From: Octopus vulgaris
Lineage: Eukaryota
DNA length: 64,000 nucleotides
Direction of reading: 5' to 3'
Assembly: GCA_951406725.2 (NCBI GenBank)
Contig: OX597816.1
Coordinates: forward strand, 69,254,001 to 69,318,000
The notes below the pieces were generated by a model. It saw nothing but the letters and a program-made list of their open reading frames with translations. It had not been told where the DNA came from and did not search any database. This document shows positions 42,957 to 63,270 of this stretch, piece after piece. Each line of letters opens with the position of its first letter. Positions within the stretch are counted from its first letter, which is position 1. Both the position numbers and the translations under genes were made by a program.

Positions 42957-43328
42957 AGGCGGCGATCTGGCAGAAACGTTAGCACTCCGGGCAAAATGCG
43001 TAGCCGTATTTCGTCTGCCGTTACGTACTGAGTTCAAATTCCGCCGAGGTCGATTTTGCTTTTCATCCTTTCGGAGTCGATGAATTAAGTACCAGTTACG
43101 CACTGGAGTCGTTTTAATCGACTTAAACCGTTTGTCTGTCCTTGTTTGTCCTCTCTGTGTTTAGCCCCTTGTGGGTAGTAAAGAAATAGGTATTTCGTCT
43201 GCCGCTACGTTCTGAGTTCAAATTCCGCCACGGTGTCGATAAAATAAGTACCAGTTCCGCACTGGTGTTGATGTAGTCGACTATCCCTCGCCTCCAAATT
43301 TCAGGGCTTGTGCCTATAGTAGAAAGGA
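42957..43328 (+). mobile_element. Nin-like SINE with partial tandem copy
   Basis: The unit restarts at gtatttcgtctg (43190). Confidence 0.85.
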
Positions 43329-44294
43329 TTACGAAAGATTGAAGGCGATACAGTAATTGAAAGATACGCACGTTATTGCGCTTGAAGTAGTGAGTAAAAA
43401 ATTGCGATAATCGAAAATGGTTAAAAGAAAGCTAAAAAGATATTTTATTTTAAAATAGATTATATCAAATAGAAAGGAAATTAAAGCATCTACTGAATAT
43501 CACAAGCTATTCAAATACGCTAGAAAAAGTAAAGTACAGGACCAGGCGGATGGATTTTATATCAAGATATTTTAGTTTTTAATCTAGTATTGAAAGTAAT
43601 TAATAGTTGTATTAAACAAATGACTACATCTTAACATTAGTTCATTTCCTCTTTGCAACATATGAAATATGGAAGGAAGATTTTTTATACATGGCAAAAA
43701 AACAAAAAAAAATCAGAAAAGAAAAAGAAACCTCAAGTTCCTTAAGTAAATTTTTCTGGGGAATTTACTGATTCTCAATATGATATTAAATGGATATAAT
43801 TGAGTCGTGCTCTACCATGCATTGTAGAAAAATTGAAATGTGAATTTTGACTGGAACAGTCTTTGAAGAAACATTATTATATAATCTGGCTTTAAAGTCT
43901 GTAACGCAGCAAATAGAAAGGCGATAAAAGCAAATACTTTATAAACTCACTTTATAAACTTACTGTGTAAAAACAAATCTGGCTAACTAAATTCGTCTGT
44001 GATGCATATTCTTTTCTACTCAAGGCACAAGCCCGAAATCTTTTCGGGGAGGGGACTAGTCGATTAGATCGACTCCAGTATGCAACTGGTTCTTAATTTA
44101 CCGACCACGAATGGGTGAAAGACAAAGTCGTGAAATCCACATAATCAGTACTTTCACAAATCGCCACTGGTCTAATTTGCAAATCTATAAAATAGAGTCA
44201 CCAGGTAAAATCGATATGATGTTAGAGAGAATCACTCAGAAGTTACAAATCTAATGCATATTTGTTCATTTTAATCCAGCTTACACGCGTTTCT

Positions 44295-44345
<51 letters not shown>

Positions 44346-45851
44346 CTATAGGTATGTATGTATATATGTATGTATGAAGCAAATGATAGAGGCGGAAGAT
44401 GGTATACACAGGAAATTTTGGGTATGTGTGTGTGTTGATGTATGTTTGCATATATAATTCACAAACATTAATGCGTAGATGCGAAATAATATTTTCTAAA
44501 ATGCGTTCAAAGTCATACACATTAACATATGCACCCGTATTATTATACTCGTGTATATACGCAGAAACTTCGTCAGAATATAAGGGTGTATATAAATGCA
44601 TCGATTAAGCAGTATTGATCTACATTTACTGTTAAGATATACTTACGGAGTCTTCTTCCTCAATAATAAATTTTATAGACTCCATTACAGAAACATTTAA
44701 CTGATACAAATTGCTGCAAGTTTTACACGAAGCACCGAATTATTAGAAGATAATGTTGTGTAGCTCTATAAATTGATACTTTGAATTTAACATAGCAGTG
44801 TGACAACGAGAACCATTATGTGTGTATTTAGACAAAAGCATTCACTCATCCGTATTGGTTGTATTATTCTATAACGGTATATGACGATGTCAAAATGTCT
44901 TCGTTGTTGAATACACGGCTGTAGAAAAACATATACATGAAAATCATACAAATAACTGCTCTTGTACACTTGCAGAAAAACCTTATACGTAAATACGTAC
45001 ATAAACTTTGAATCATCGGATGTGACAAGATGAGAAAATATGCATAAAATTGGTGTAGAACATGATCATTCATTTGACCTTCGCCAACTGCTGTTCTTCT
45101 TGAATTTCCACTGCAGTACTTGACCAGTCGCAAATATTCAATATTTAAAGAAATTTATGGCCAAAAATTCGTTAGCAAAATAATATGAAATTTACATACC
45201 CATTTAATTATGCAAGAGCTCTTGTTAATAACGTAAGAAATATTATGTGATACAACAAAAAGTCAAATGAATAACAAGCTCCGCGTCCAGCAATGACTGC
45301 AACAACAGTAGAGGCGCAATGGCTCAATGGTTAGGGCAGCGAACTCGCGGTCGGAGGATCGCGGTTTCATTCCCAGACCGGGCGTTGTTTGTGTTTACTG
45401 AGCGAAAACATCTAAAGCTCTACGAGGCGAAGGCAAGGGGTGGTGACGATCCCTGCTGTACTCTTTCGCCCCAACTTCCTCTCACTCTTTCTTCCTGTTT
45501 CTTGTCCCCCTACTTCCTACGCCTGGATGTGCATTCATCCATCTGTCAATGCTCTCGGTGTCGGGGGTTGACCTGCTTTCTCTTCTGCAGGTCATACGAA
45601 TAGCAAAAAGGATCTAGTTTCGGACTTCTCCCTCTGGGACGAAGACCGATTCGCTCAACCAACCAACAAACACACAAACAAACAAACAAACAAACAGCAG
45701 CAACAACAACAACAGCGATAAGAACAGCTGTACCAGCGACGACAACAACAGCAGCAGTAGCACTAGCAATGGGTCCGTCAGTGACAACAGCTTCGGCATC
45801 GGTAACGACAGCAACAACAACAGCTGTAACACAACCAGCACAAGGGCACTT

Positions 45852-46007
45852 ACAAGGAAATGTGTTAATTCTAGAGATGGCCCTTTCAAGCATCGTCTTA
45901 ACAATTACAGGTCATCCCTGAGGATACAAGAGGGGTTCCTGGCCAGCTATATATGCCGTTTCAAAGAGGAGGGCACGCCATGCATAATTAAATGGAGTAT
46001 CCTCTAA
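45852..46007 (+). mobile_element. Penelope-like GIY-YIG endonuclease remnant
   Basis: TRKCVNSRDGPFKHRLNNYRSSLRIQEGFLASYICRFKEEGTPCIIKWSIL* fits the PLE endonuclease pattern (YIG.T...FK.R..NH..SF...L..YIW.LK.....IKW.IL). Confidence 0.65.
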
Positions 46008-46208
46008 GAAGGGCTGTCACAACCGGGAACAAAAACAACGCGAGGACGTGGAACAAATACAGTATTATTGGGCGCTCAGGAAGGAAGGGAATAAGGAGGG
46101 TTTAACGCTCCGAGTGGAGCTCTTCGCCAGAAACATAGGAAAAGGAAAGATCCAGAGAAGGGAAGACGGAGGAAAAAAGATCGCCAACGGTGCACACGCG
46201 GTCACATC

Positions 46209-46270
<62 letters not shown>

Positions 46271-46537
46271 GAACACACGTACACACATATACATACGCAC
46301 ACACACAGACTCACACACACACACGATCAGATTCCAATGCAGCTAGTATTATTCTGTTGCCATTATTTCTTTAAATTTGGAGGATCTAATACTCTACTAT
46401 ATTTCGTTATTCTCTCTACTTTCAACCTCTCTCTTTTCTTTTCTTTCCTGATGTCCAATAACACTGTACTTATTCCTCACGTTGTCTTTTCTCATCCTCA
46501 CGTTGTTTTTTTTTTCTTGCTTGTTCATGCTTGGATT

Positions 46538-46606
<69 letters not shown>

Positions 46607-46887
46607 CATTAACAATTGAGGATAAAATCTTTAAAAGAAATTATCAGTAGTCAGCGTGAAAAACCTCGTAAGAGAAAAAATCCTCAATTGTTAATTTATA
46701 TTTTTCACCGGAATAGTTCAATAGTGAATTTTTATTCCGACTAGGCAATTTGTGACCGAAATGCATTGCGAAAAAGCCCGCCATTTTCATAGATATGTAA
46801 GGATAAACATTCGTACAAGCTACGACGAATTCTACGGTTGGCTATCGAGTTTGTAATGTTATGTTTTTTCTTATATTTCTTGAGTTT

Positions 46888-46951
46888 GTTGCACTGACGA
46901 ATATGAAATGCATATTCTGCATCAAATGCGAAATCACATGTGATATGTAAC
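46888..46951 (+). ncRNA. Type-I hammerhead ribozyme, canonical core, within Penelope-like repeat 46610-47080
   Basis: gttgca-CTGACGA-atatgaaatgca(tattc)tgcatcaaatgc-GAAA-TCACATGTGA-TA-tgtaac. Palindromic stem III. Predicted cleavage after A46945. Confidence 0.75.
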
Positions 46952-47589
46952 TGAATTCTTTTTTAAAATGATGTGTTTTGAAGTTTTGCATTCGGTAAAA
47001 TTTTGTTTATTTTTAGTAGTTTTGACCGCATTGGTCCCTCTTAGCGTGTTGGTATCTACGAATAGTAGTACCCTTAATATAATATATATATATACATATA
47101 ACAAAATTAAGGAGAGGAGAAAATAAATTCAAAGGCCGATGTAAATATTCATTGAATCCACATTAACGAAATTCTGCATTTTATACAAAGTACATACATG
47201 GATGCATTCATTTGTGTGATTTATAAAAAAATTTCTAAGAATTTACAAACATATACACGAAAATTTATGAATATATAAAAATTCCTAAATATAAATATAT
47301 AAAAAGTGTAAGTCCATAAATGCATTTGCGAAGTCCAAATGAAGTGGATGATAAAGCGGATATAAAATGATTCATAAGGAGTCTGGAACTTGAAGGGCAG
47401 CAGGTCTAAGGACTACGTAGAGATTCAATCGTTGCTGTTTAATGGTATAGGTGCCATGAGTGGTGCGCGCTTCTCTTCTATCTGCTTCATGACCATACGG
47501 GAATTAACTCTCATGGCCGTTAAACGATCTGACAATTACAAAGCAGCAGTGAAGTAGGTAAGGCCAAGATTGATGACATACATGTGAAA

Positions 47590-47905
47590 AACAAAAGAGC
47601 ACTCCGTAGGTTACGATGTTGAGGGTCCCACCTGATACGATCAATGGAACAGCTTGCTCGGGAATTTAACGTGCAAGTGGCTGATCACTCCTCAGACACG
47701 CGTACCCCTATCGTAGTTCTCAGGGAAATTCAGCGTGACACCGAGTGGGACAAGGCTGGCCCTTTGACATGTGGCTACTACTCACTTTTCCCAGCTGAGT
47801 GGACTGGAGCAACGTGAAAAAAGGACACAACACGTCGCCAAGAATTGAACTCACGACCTTGAACTTACGATCGTGAATGTCCTAAACACTAAGGCACGTG
47901 CCTTC
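47590..47905 (-). mobile_element. tRNA-derived SINE (separate family)
   Basis: Shares its body with 36330-36470(+) (gtgtcacgctgaat...actacg...gggtac...cacttgcac...gctgttcc). Confidence 0.65.
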
Positions 47906-48069
47906 ACAAGCACACATACAAAAACAACCAGAACAACTCACACATACACATTTTTATATGCATTTGAGTATATTGTTAGGTCCTTGTGTGTATACATATA
48001 TATGTGTGTGTCAATGCGTGTGCGTGAGCGTATGTGTGTGTGAGTATGTGTGTGTGTATGTATATGTGT

Positions 48070-54465
<6,396 letters not shown>

Positions 54466-55109
54466 CGCTAGAATTAGAGGCAAAATCTCCCTGAAATTCA
54501 GTCTTTGTTTTTTTTTTTTTTTTGTAAATATTCGGGGTTATGTAAATTATGTTGTCTCAGATACACTGTTTTGGATATTTAAAACAGAATGGTCATGAGT
54601 GGAACGCCTATGATCATAGATCTGCTACATAAAATCTGAGAGGAATGATAAACTGGGAGTACAACAGAAGTATGTTTGTATTATTGTTAAATGTTTAATA
54701 TTGTTCTTGCAAGCCCTTCTAACAGATAGATTATGCGGTATTTAGTCACGTCTCATTACACTCTGTGTTTGTATTCCGCGGAAGTTCATTATGCTTTCTT
54801 GGTTGGAAACATTTATCAGCACAGAACTGGATCTAAAAAAACGCTTAATCTCTCTTTCGCATATCAACCTTGTGGATTACGTGCTGATGGATAACTCTGA
54901 TAACCACAAGGATGTAAAGATAAAGAAATATTAACTAATTAGCGTTCTACCGATGTGTGTGTGTGTGTGTGAGTGTGTGTCTGTGTGTGTATGCGTGTGG
55001 GTGTGTACAAGTTCGCGCCTGCACGTGCATATATTCAAATACGTGTATTTATGGTATAAACGTGAACAGTTTCCCATTGGCTTAGATTAACATATACGTG
55101 TATATATAT

Positions 55110-58100
55110 AAATGTATGAATATAAGACAAATACCTACACGTATTCTGTCTCGTAAAGTTCGTTGACAGGACATGATACCATGATAACTATGATAGAATT
55201 ATTTGCCAAAGATGCTGCACAGTGAGATCAAAGTTTGTACCACTTATTTCCGAAACAAACTTCTTAACTAAACAGACATATATGAGCATATTTACTGTAA
55301 TATATTCTATTGGATAGATCATAAAGAGCCCATTGCTACTCGACGCAGATTTCCAATAATTAGTATTGCTGTTCAGTATGCAAATTGCGCAGGTGTTGAC
55401 TTTATGATATACATTCCAAAAATCAATAAGCTGAGTATCAATAAAGAACTGGAAGCAAATCTTATGAGTAGAGCTCTCCCCCTCACAAACAGTTCTTGCT
55501 CTACTAGAAATCAATATTGTTATATGGGGTCCAGGAAATTAAATAATTTCCAATTCAAAATTGTAAACGCTAAACATGTCTTCAGTTTCGAAACATTAAT
55601 ATAAATTTACAGAAATGAAGTAATTTAGATTATAATGAAATGTATTGCTTAAAATTGTAAATTTTATTGATATTTTTTTCTCTCCTCGCGTTGATATTAC
55701 TGCCAAAGCAGATTCTGTAAAATGTATAATGATACATCAGGTTAAAAATCTAACGATATAATACACCTCGTAAAATGTCATGCGATATAAAATGAGATCA
55801 TAAAAACATCTCGCAATCTGGCATAGCGTTAAAATGATATTCTTATGTTGATTCTTCTTCAACTCGTTCACTTATTTTCCGTATCATTCTGTGGCAAGCT
55901 GGCCATTAGCCAATACTCATTATTTCCAGCAAGGATTAGTATGAATAGTCAAAAGTTTTCTCATAACTCGTATAAGAGGGTTAGATTTATAGTTAATATT
56001 TTCAATATAGGCAATCACTCTATTGCATGGCAATTTTTGTGTAACATTTATGGCTTTGGTGAGTATATGAATAAAGTTAAATGAAGTGATTTCACCACGA
56101 AATATACATGAGCTCTGAGGTCGCTCATTCGGACTTCCGGCTGAAAATAGCAACAAATTGATCCGCAAACCACAATATACATGCCCTCCATTGAAAAAGA
56201 ACACGTTAGAAAATATAGAATAGAGAGCACAGTAACTAACAATAAGTGTTTTAGATTTTGCCGCAAGGCCAGCAGATTTAGTGGTTGGAGGTTAGTCGAC
56301 TGCATTGCGAGCTGTGCTCGGCTGATACTTTATCGAACTTGAAGTGATAAAAAGAAAAGTGCAGCCCGGGGAAATTCGAAATGAGTATGCAATGATTCAG
56401 TGGAAATAAGGCTTGATATTTTGTTCTACTCGCTAATGACTCTGATAGATCGGCATCGTTACTGCACTTAATAACACTGGAGTATGGTTTCCTCTTTGGA
56501 GTGCTTTTTATCACAGATTAGATCGATCAGAGCAGACCCTGATTAAAAAAAAAATTAATCAAGTTACCGCTTCGTATCTGAGGGCACCTATTTTTTCTAA
56601 TTCATATTTATGGGCTTTTGAATGAATTTCATTGTTAATAAACACTAAAAATGATAACATGTAATGCAAAATCTTGAGATCAAATCTTGTGAGGCCTATT
56701 TCCTTTGTTTACATTTTGAGAGAGTTTGGGAGCTTCTACGTAAAGGCTCACATCGCTAATAATAATACTCAATTAGCTCACACAAGTAGCTCTCTTAAAT
56801 AGCTCATTGATATTTTAAAACCAGAACACATATTCGACAATGTAGTCTATGATACCCAAATACGTATAAAAGCATTTAATTATTGGTGTCTTCAGGTTGA
56901 TTGACTGGAAGAACAGTTAGTGTCGAACGAACGTTTTGCGTTATTTGTCAAAGTCATAAACTTGGGAAATTCATCGAGGTCAAATTTGCCATTCACCCTC
57001 TAAGGTTTGGTTAAATACGAGTCACGTTCTCTGACTGATGGTAAAGAATGAAACCCTTCCCACGAAATTGCTGGCATTGTGCCAGAATCAAATCTTCGTG
57101 GCGGATTAAGACAAATCATGATCATATTTTTCTCTCACATCGGTCTTGCTAACTTTTCATTTTTATGCATTTAGGTATTTTGCCAAGTTCTTTACAGTCC
57201 GAGTTCAATTCCAGTCAAAATTAACTTTGTTCGCTTTTTCTCGAAGTCAATAATATGATGGATCACTAAAGTACTTGGGTCAATGGTATTGACTAAAGGC
57301 GGCGAGCTGGCAGAAACGTTAGCACGCCGGGCAAAATGCGTAGCAGTATTTCGACTGCCGTTACGTTCTGAGTTCAAGTTCCGCCGAGGTCGACTTTGCC
57401 TTTCATCCTTTCTGGATCGATTAAATAAGTACCAGTTACGCACTGGGGTCGATATAATCGACTTAATTCGTTTGCCTGTCCTTGTTTGCCCCCTCTGTGT
57501 TTAGCCCCTTGTGGGCAGTAAAGAAATAGGTATTGATAAACCACCCGCCTCAAAACTAATGGCCTTCTGCCTAAACTAGAAATGCATTTTGCCACAAAAA
57601 CTGTGCAAATTAACTTGATATCATATCTAACCGGTTCGGAAAATAACAACGTAAAATTATACTGAAAAAAGTAGTTTTATATACAGTTTCTTCTTTGAAA
57701 GAAACAATGGATATATCGTTACCATATACGCATCTTTGGTAATACATGTTTCTAAAGTTGAACAGTTATCTTAGACTAGCTTGACCCACGAACTTAGCAA
57801 CCTCTACAACATTCATATAATATTTATGAAAATAATTTCCGCTGTTACAAAATAGATCACACTGAAAGCATTATTTCAATGCATAATAACTCATGAAATG
57901 CAGCAACACTTTCTGATGTATACATTCCTGTAAGTTAAATTATTGTAGTAGATTTTGTTAGGTGGAAAATTGTCCATGAAGTTTCACTCTAGATAGATCA
58001 ATTTCCGTTCAAATATCATCCACGTCATTAAAGACTGTTTATGGTCAGAACGGATCAAATGCAAAGCAACAAGTAACTTGGTTTATTAAATATGAATGCA

Positions 58101-58110
58101 ACCATTTACA
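55110..58110 (-). pseudogene. Decayed Toll-like receptor pseudogene 10
   Basis: LRRs: TEIDLSRVKL ~57980-58010, MSYLRELLV*AN ~56770-56808, IENINYKSNPLIRV (ORF 55920-56204). TIR-like FQFFIDTQLIDFW, KKFVSE and NKWYKL*SHCAASLANNSIIVIM 55175-55460. Confidence 0.65.
57297..57530 (+). mobile_element. Nin-like SINE, full length
   Basis: Close match to the other copies. Confidence 0.85.
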
Positions 58111-58269
58111 CACACACACATACAATTTGAATATATATTTTCTCATATAAACAAATATGCACATTCATTTACACATACTCTTCATATAATTTTAAAGTAC
58201 ATATGAATATATAGTACACATGCACTAGAACCAGAAAATGCAATATATCATAATACTCCATTGTAGCCA

Positions 58270-60170
58270 TGCACGTAATGATACTAATATGAAACTTAGC
58301 TGGAAATCTAAAAAATTCACAAATGCAATAACTTACAAAATTAGATTTTCTTTAAACTCAATTAATTTTCATTAAATAACTCTCTCTATATGTTCCCGAT
58401 TGATAGGCTAACTTGGTCCTAGGAAGAGCTGTAGCAAAAGGAAAGAGAATAGCGAGCATGGGAAGCGACAAGGGAACTGAAATAGCTATTTCTTTACTAC
58501 CCACAAGCGGCTTAACACAGAGAGGACAAACAAGGACAGACAAACGGATTAAGTCGATTATATCGACCCCAGTGCGCAACTGGTACTTATCTAATCGACC
58601 CCGAAAGGATGACAGGCAAAGTCGACCTCGGCGGAATTTGATCTCAGAACGTAGCGGCAGACGAAATACCTATTTCTATTTCTTTACTACCCACAAGGGG
58701 ATAAACACAGAGAGGACAAACAAGGACAGACAAATGGATTAAGTCGGTTATATCGACCCCAGTGCGTAACTGGTACTTATTTAGTAGACCCCGAAAGGAT
58801 GAAAAGTAAAGTCGACCTCGGCGGTATTTGAACACAGAACGTAGCGTCAGAGGAAATACTGCTAAGCATATCGCCCGGCGTGCTGACGTTTCTGCCAGCT
58901 CGTCGCCTTAGGGAACTAAAATAGCATGCGGTTCTCAACTCATTGGATTCAATGTATATCCTTTTTAGGTAAGAGTATTAAAAATCTATTATTTTTACTA
59001 ATATTTTCATCGATCTCAGACGAATTAATGTTAAACGTATTCCGGTTAAGATATGAAACTCAGAAACTTGTGGAATGATGGTAAAATATAAAATGCAATG
59101 CTTTGTACAAGGCTCCTTATTTTCGTCTCTCCCTGAGAATTTAATCATAGAAAATAATTAGCATTCATCATTAGTGATCAGATGAGACTATGACTTCGAT
59201 TGCCCAGCATCTCAATAAAGCTCTGAGCCTTGGCTGGAGATCGGGGCGGCACAACTAAACATTTTCTTGCATGTCTGGAAGCTACGGAAATAACGGCATT
59301 TGTTATGGGTGCAAGTGATAAGTAGACTTCAGCAACGAAAGTTCACCTGTGTATTTTTAGTTAGTTGAGCTCAAATTCATTTCTATGTGATCTCAAGTTA
59401 AATGAAGAGATAAATACTCAGCATCATCTGCAGACTTCGTGCAGAATAATCTGCATGCAGCGACTAGATGTGACCTATGAAGCTGGAGATAAGACAGGAT
59501 GCAGAGATTGCTGAGAAAGTTGAGGATCTTTCAATAAATTGTCTGCGCATCTACTCTTCGATATTTTAGGGATGTTTTCTATAAGATAAAAGAAAAAACA
59601 CACAGAAGGATTATCTACAATTAGTTAAAAATTTGTCTCTAGCAATAACAACTTCTACGCATATATTCACAAGATTCGGTGATTTTGATTTCATATTTTC
59701 CAACTATTAGACGCATGCGTTGAGTAGAAATAGAAATTTATCACCTCTCGTGATCTTACTGCCGAAACACTTAGGCAGCATAGTAATTCTGTAGCCCCGA
59801 AAGTTAATTTTCGATTGCCATTCAGCCTGTGATACCCGGTGAATGTGAAGGGGGCCTGCTTTAATCTCCGGAGATCCGACCATGGGGCAGATTATGCTGG
59901 ATTACTGTTCCAATAATATCAATCAGTAAGACCTGATTGTTGAAAATACGTCACAGCGGAAAACAAATATTTCTTCTTCGACATATTGTAGAATATGGTG
60001 AACAAGGTGTCAAGTAAATGTATTTCTCGAGATGTGATGTTGTTTGATTTAATCGTTTCTGTTATTCAAATATATTTTATCTAGAAACATCTTATCAATG
60101 TGTTTTATTTATCTTAACATTGTAGGATGAATATGAGGATTATACTTATAAATGGCTGCTATTTATGTCG
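58270..60170 (+). pseudogene. Decayed Toll-like receptor pseudogene 11 (short)
   Basis: LTKLDFL*TQLIFIK ~58332-58376, FIDLRRINVKRIP ~59006-59044, LRRCT-like LSSNSFLCDLKL 59365-59400, weak TIR-like segment 59840-60160. Confidence 0.45.
58487..58910 (-). mobile_element. Nin-like SINE partial-tandem dimer
   Basis: Two consecutive units with a junction at ~58670. Confidence 0.85.
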
Positions 60171-60284
60171 ATTTGGACATTCTAGTAAACCCATGATAAA
60201 ATGTCGTTTATGCCGTAAGCGACAGCTTATTTTCTTCCCTGTACATGGCGTTTCCGAACACTATGTATGGAACATGATTCTGTA

Positions 60285-60630
60285 AAAAGGTATTTTCGTG
60301 TGGGCGTTTAGGAGAATGTTACGTGTCTCTTAGAAAGAGTATAGGACCAAAAATGTGTGTTAGAAACAATAGATGAAAGAAGACAATTCCTGAACATTGT
60401 GAATTAAGAAAACCACATCTATTATGACCATGTACAAAGAAGCAAAGTTCTAAAAATATCATCATGCAATGAAGAGTAGGTTAAGAGGTAGGCAAGGATC
60501 GCTATGGAGGGAAGATATGAAGAGCCGTTTGGACAAGAGTGGCAAAGGAATTTGGAGGACACGCGCCTAATCAGACTTTAGCTGAAGGCATAAGACAATT
60601 GAAGACGACGACAGAACGATGTGATCTTAA
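60285..60630 (+). mobile_element. RTE-clade LINE 3' remnant
   Basis: FVWAFRRMLRVS*KEYRT...AMEGRYEEPFGQEWQRNLED resembles the RTE C-terminus (FEMW..RRML.VSW.E..TN; EG....GR....W.DD). Confidence 0.55.
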
Positions 60631-61359
60631 AAAGAATGAACGGCTGAAACTTTCTGGGACAGATTCACCATAGCGCCTTTCTTGTTTTCTCGATAGAGGC
60701 ATTAGTTCGGTAGTGAATGAATGCCATTAACATCATACAGTAATTGGAATTGCTTCGAGTTCTTGACTTATCTGAAGGCCATTCTTGCTGTACTAACTAA
60801 ATAATAATAAATGTATAACATGGAAATATCTTCTATAACTAAATATGCGAGCGCATGTTTTTTTTACAATTCTCTAACGACCCTCTGCGCCCAATGCTCG
60901 TTATACCGTGATTTAAAACAACACATTAAATTTACCTCGCGTCTGTGAAAAAAAGTTTTCTCGGTTTTATTGACTTTAGGTTGAAGAACATGACAGTTAA
61001 ACCGGGATGGCTTTAATGTAGCTAGAATACTGAAATATAGTTTTCCTCATGCTTGACAAATTTTATGCATTTCCCACTAATAAAAATCGCATTAATGATG
61101 AAAATGTAAATTTTTAATTATTATTTTCGATTGAAACATGTCCCGTTGTTTTGGATTCACTTCCAATGTGTGACAGTTTGGCTACAGTCTTTTGCAATAG
61201 CCCCGAACCAATCGATGCCTTGTGAGCGAAACTATTTGGAAGCCGAGCATTTACACATAAACGTATATGTGTGTATATATATATGTATATATATATATAT
61301 ATATACATAATAATAAATATTAGTGAATAAATCCAAATAGTGGTTTTGTCTCGAATTAT

Positions 61360-61401
<42 letters not shown>

Positions 61402-61510
61402 ATCACGTGACCGACCAGACCATCAGATTTTGTTACACATCGCTGGTCACAATGCGTTCGCATTGTTTTAGCCTTCGAATGACGCCACCCCGCTGGCTAA
61501 GCGAGCAGGC

Positions 61511-61697
<187 letters not shown>

Positions 61698-61708
61698 TAT
61701 ACATATAC

Positions 61709-61758
<50 letters not shown>

Positions 61759-61779
61759 TTATATATATACATATATATA

Positions 61780-62440
61780 TAACTTAGAATAACTTAGAAA
61801 GGTTTTGGCCAGTATTGGCCCAGGCCATGTCTAACTTAATAGCACCACCTGGCGAAGTCTTTCAATTCAGGATTTGGGCACCAAGGCCCATTCGAGCAGA
61901 AAGTTATTGTTTGCGGAGACATATCCGGGTGTGGGTGGTTTGTCCGAGACTGTTTGAAGGAATTTGTCCAAAGACTTCTTGAATGTTGTGTGGTCAGTTT
62001 CTTTTTTGACGTGTCCTGGTGTAATGTTGAAGAGAGCGGGTCCAATTGAGGTGAAATAGTTGTGCCGTATTGTCGTAATTAGATGCGATTTAGATTTTTG
62101 TTGTGGACGGATGGCACGTGGTCCAAGCCTTGGATGTATTTTGAAGGTGATGCCAACATCATTCGGACAGTGCTGATGGAATATTTTCCACATCATACAG
62201 ATAATGTAGCGTTCACGGCGTCGTTGGAGTGAATACAGTTTCAGCTTCTCTAGTCTACCCCAGTAGTCAAGGTCTGACATGCCATCTATCTTTTTTGTGA
62301 TTGACCTTTGGGGAGCTTCAATTCTCATAATATTTTGGTTTGTGTAGGGAGACCACAGTGGACAGCAGTATTCAAGGTGGGGTCGGGCAAAAGTGGAGAA
62401 GAGAAGGATAATAGTGTGGGAATCTCTCGACTGGAAGGTT
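61780..62440 (-). mobile_element. CR1/L2-group LINE 3' fragment (second family)
   Basis: ORF 61867-62328 has YWGRLEKLKLYSLQRRRERY, homologous to ORF 28662-29225. Upstream RPHLEYCCPLWSP. The 3' end (ttctaagtta)x2 abuts (TA)n. Confidence 0.9.
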
Positions 62441-62836
62441 ATTATTTGAGAGAATAAAATCCAAACTTACAGGGAAAAATATTCAATTTAGAAATACTAT
62501 ATCAAATTTCACACAATATAAGATATATATAAAAATTTGAAAAAAACACCTTTTATCAGTTCAAAATGAACAATTAAATTACACCATCTAGAAGATTACA
62601 TGTAATAGAAATATTAAAATTAAAATAACAATTATATACCGATGATTAAGTAAATTGCAAAAATAATAAAAACGTATATAATTATATAGGTTTTTATTAT
62701 TTTTGCAATTTACTTAATCATTGACATTTTATTCTTATTTCAATTTTAATATTTCTATTATATGTAATTTTCTAGATGGTGTAATTTAATCGTTCATTTT
62801 GAATTGATAAAAGGTGTTTTTTTTCTAATTTTTTAT

Positions 62837-62840
<4 letters not shown>
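62440..62840. mobile_element. AT-rich fold-back element
   Basis: Inverted arms ~62525-62680 / 62683-62840 with an ~80-nt one-sided extension. A single-arm relative lies at ~49580-49845. Confidence 0.7.
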
Positions 62841-62872
<32 letters not shown>

Positions 62873-62880
<8 letters not shown>

Positions 62881-63187
62881 GGAAATGAAGAAAATGCTGA
62901 CAAATAATTGAAGTAATTTAAGTAATTTAATTAGGTGAAAGTTCTTTTACCGGTTGCGCATTTGTTATGCTTATCAAAATATAAAAAGAGAGATTAGAGT
63001 TCCTTTCTTATAGAATTTTTCCTCTTATCTGAAGAGGAAAAAATTCTATAAGAAAGGAACTCTAATCTCTCTTTTATATTTTGATAAGCATAACAAATGC
63101 GCAACCGGTAAAAAGAACTTTCACCTAATTAAATTACTTAAATTACTTCAATTATTTGTCAGCATTTTCTTCATTTCCTTTTTTATA
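62873..63187. mobile_element. Near-perfect fold-back with U3-A8 hammerhead-like motif
   Basis: ~155-bp arms centred at ~63029. The right arm reads tt-TTGATAA-gcat(aacaa)atgc-GCAAC-CG-GTA-aa at 63079-63112. Confidence 0.75.
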
Positions 63188-63219
63188 TATCACCACTCGT
63201 GTTCGACATCTCCTTTTTT

Positions 63220-63270
<51 letters not shown>

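Larger units (their letters stand above)
38750..43800 (+). pseudogene. Decayed Toll-like receptor pseudogene 7
   Basis: LRRs: FTTIPSDIKQMHGIKYL 38991-39041, ISILNISFHTNLRII ~39635-39680. TM end IPLRVYYWR ~42922-42948. TIR-like DNRKWLKES*KDILF*NRLYQIERK...FISRYF 43405-43575 and FFWG ~43750. Confidence 0.6.
44440..47560 (-). pseudogene. Decayed Toll-like receptor pseudogene 8
   Basis: LRRs: LMNHFISALSSTSFGL and FANAFMDLHFLYIYI ~47285-47380. TM-like FYAYFLILSHPMIQSLCTYLRIRFF (ORF 44864-45133). TIR-like YLYDFHVYVF...ECFCLNTH (ORF 44787-45002). Confidence 0.5.

Noticed and set aside
45546-45904. Ala/Val-rich and Leu-rich ORFs resembling membrane proteins
   Set aside because: Produced by (CAA/CAG)n low-complexity sequence within a repeat
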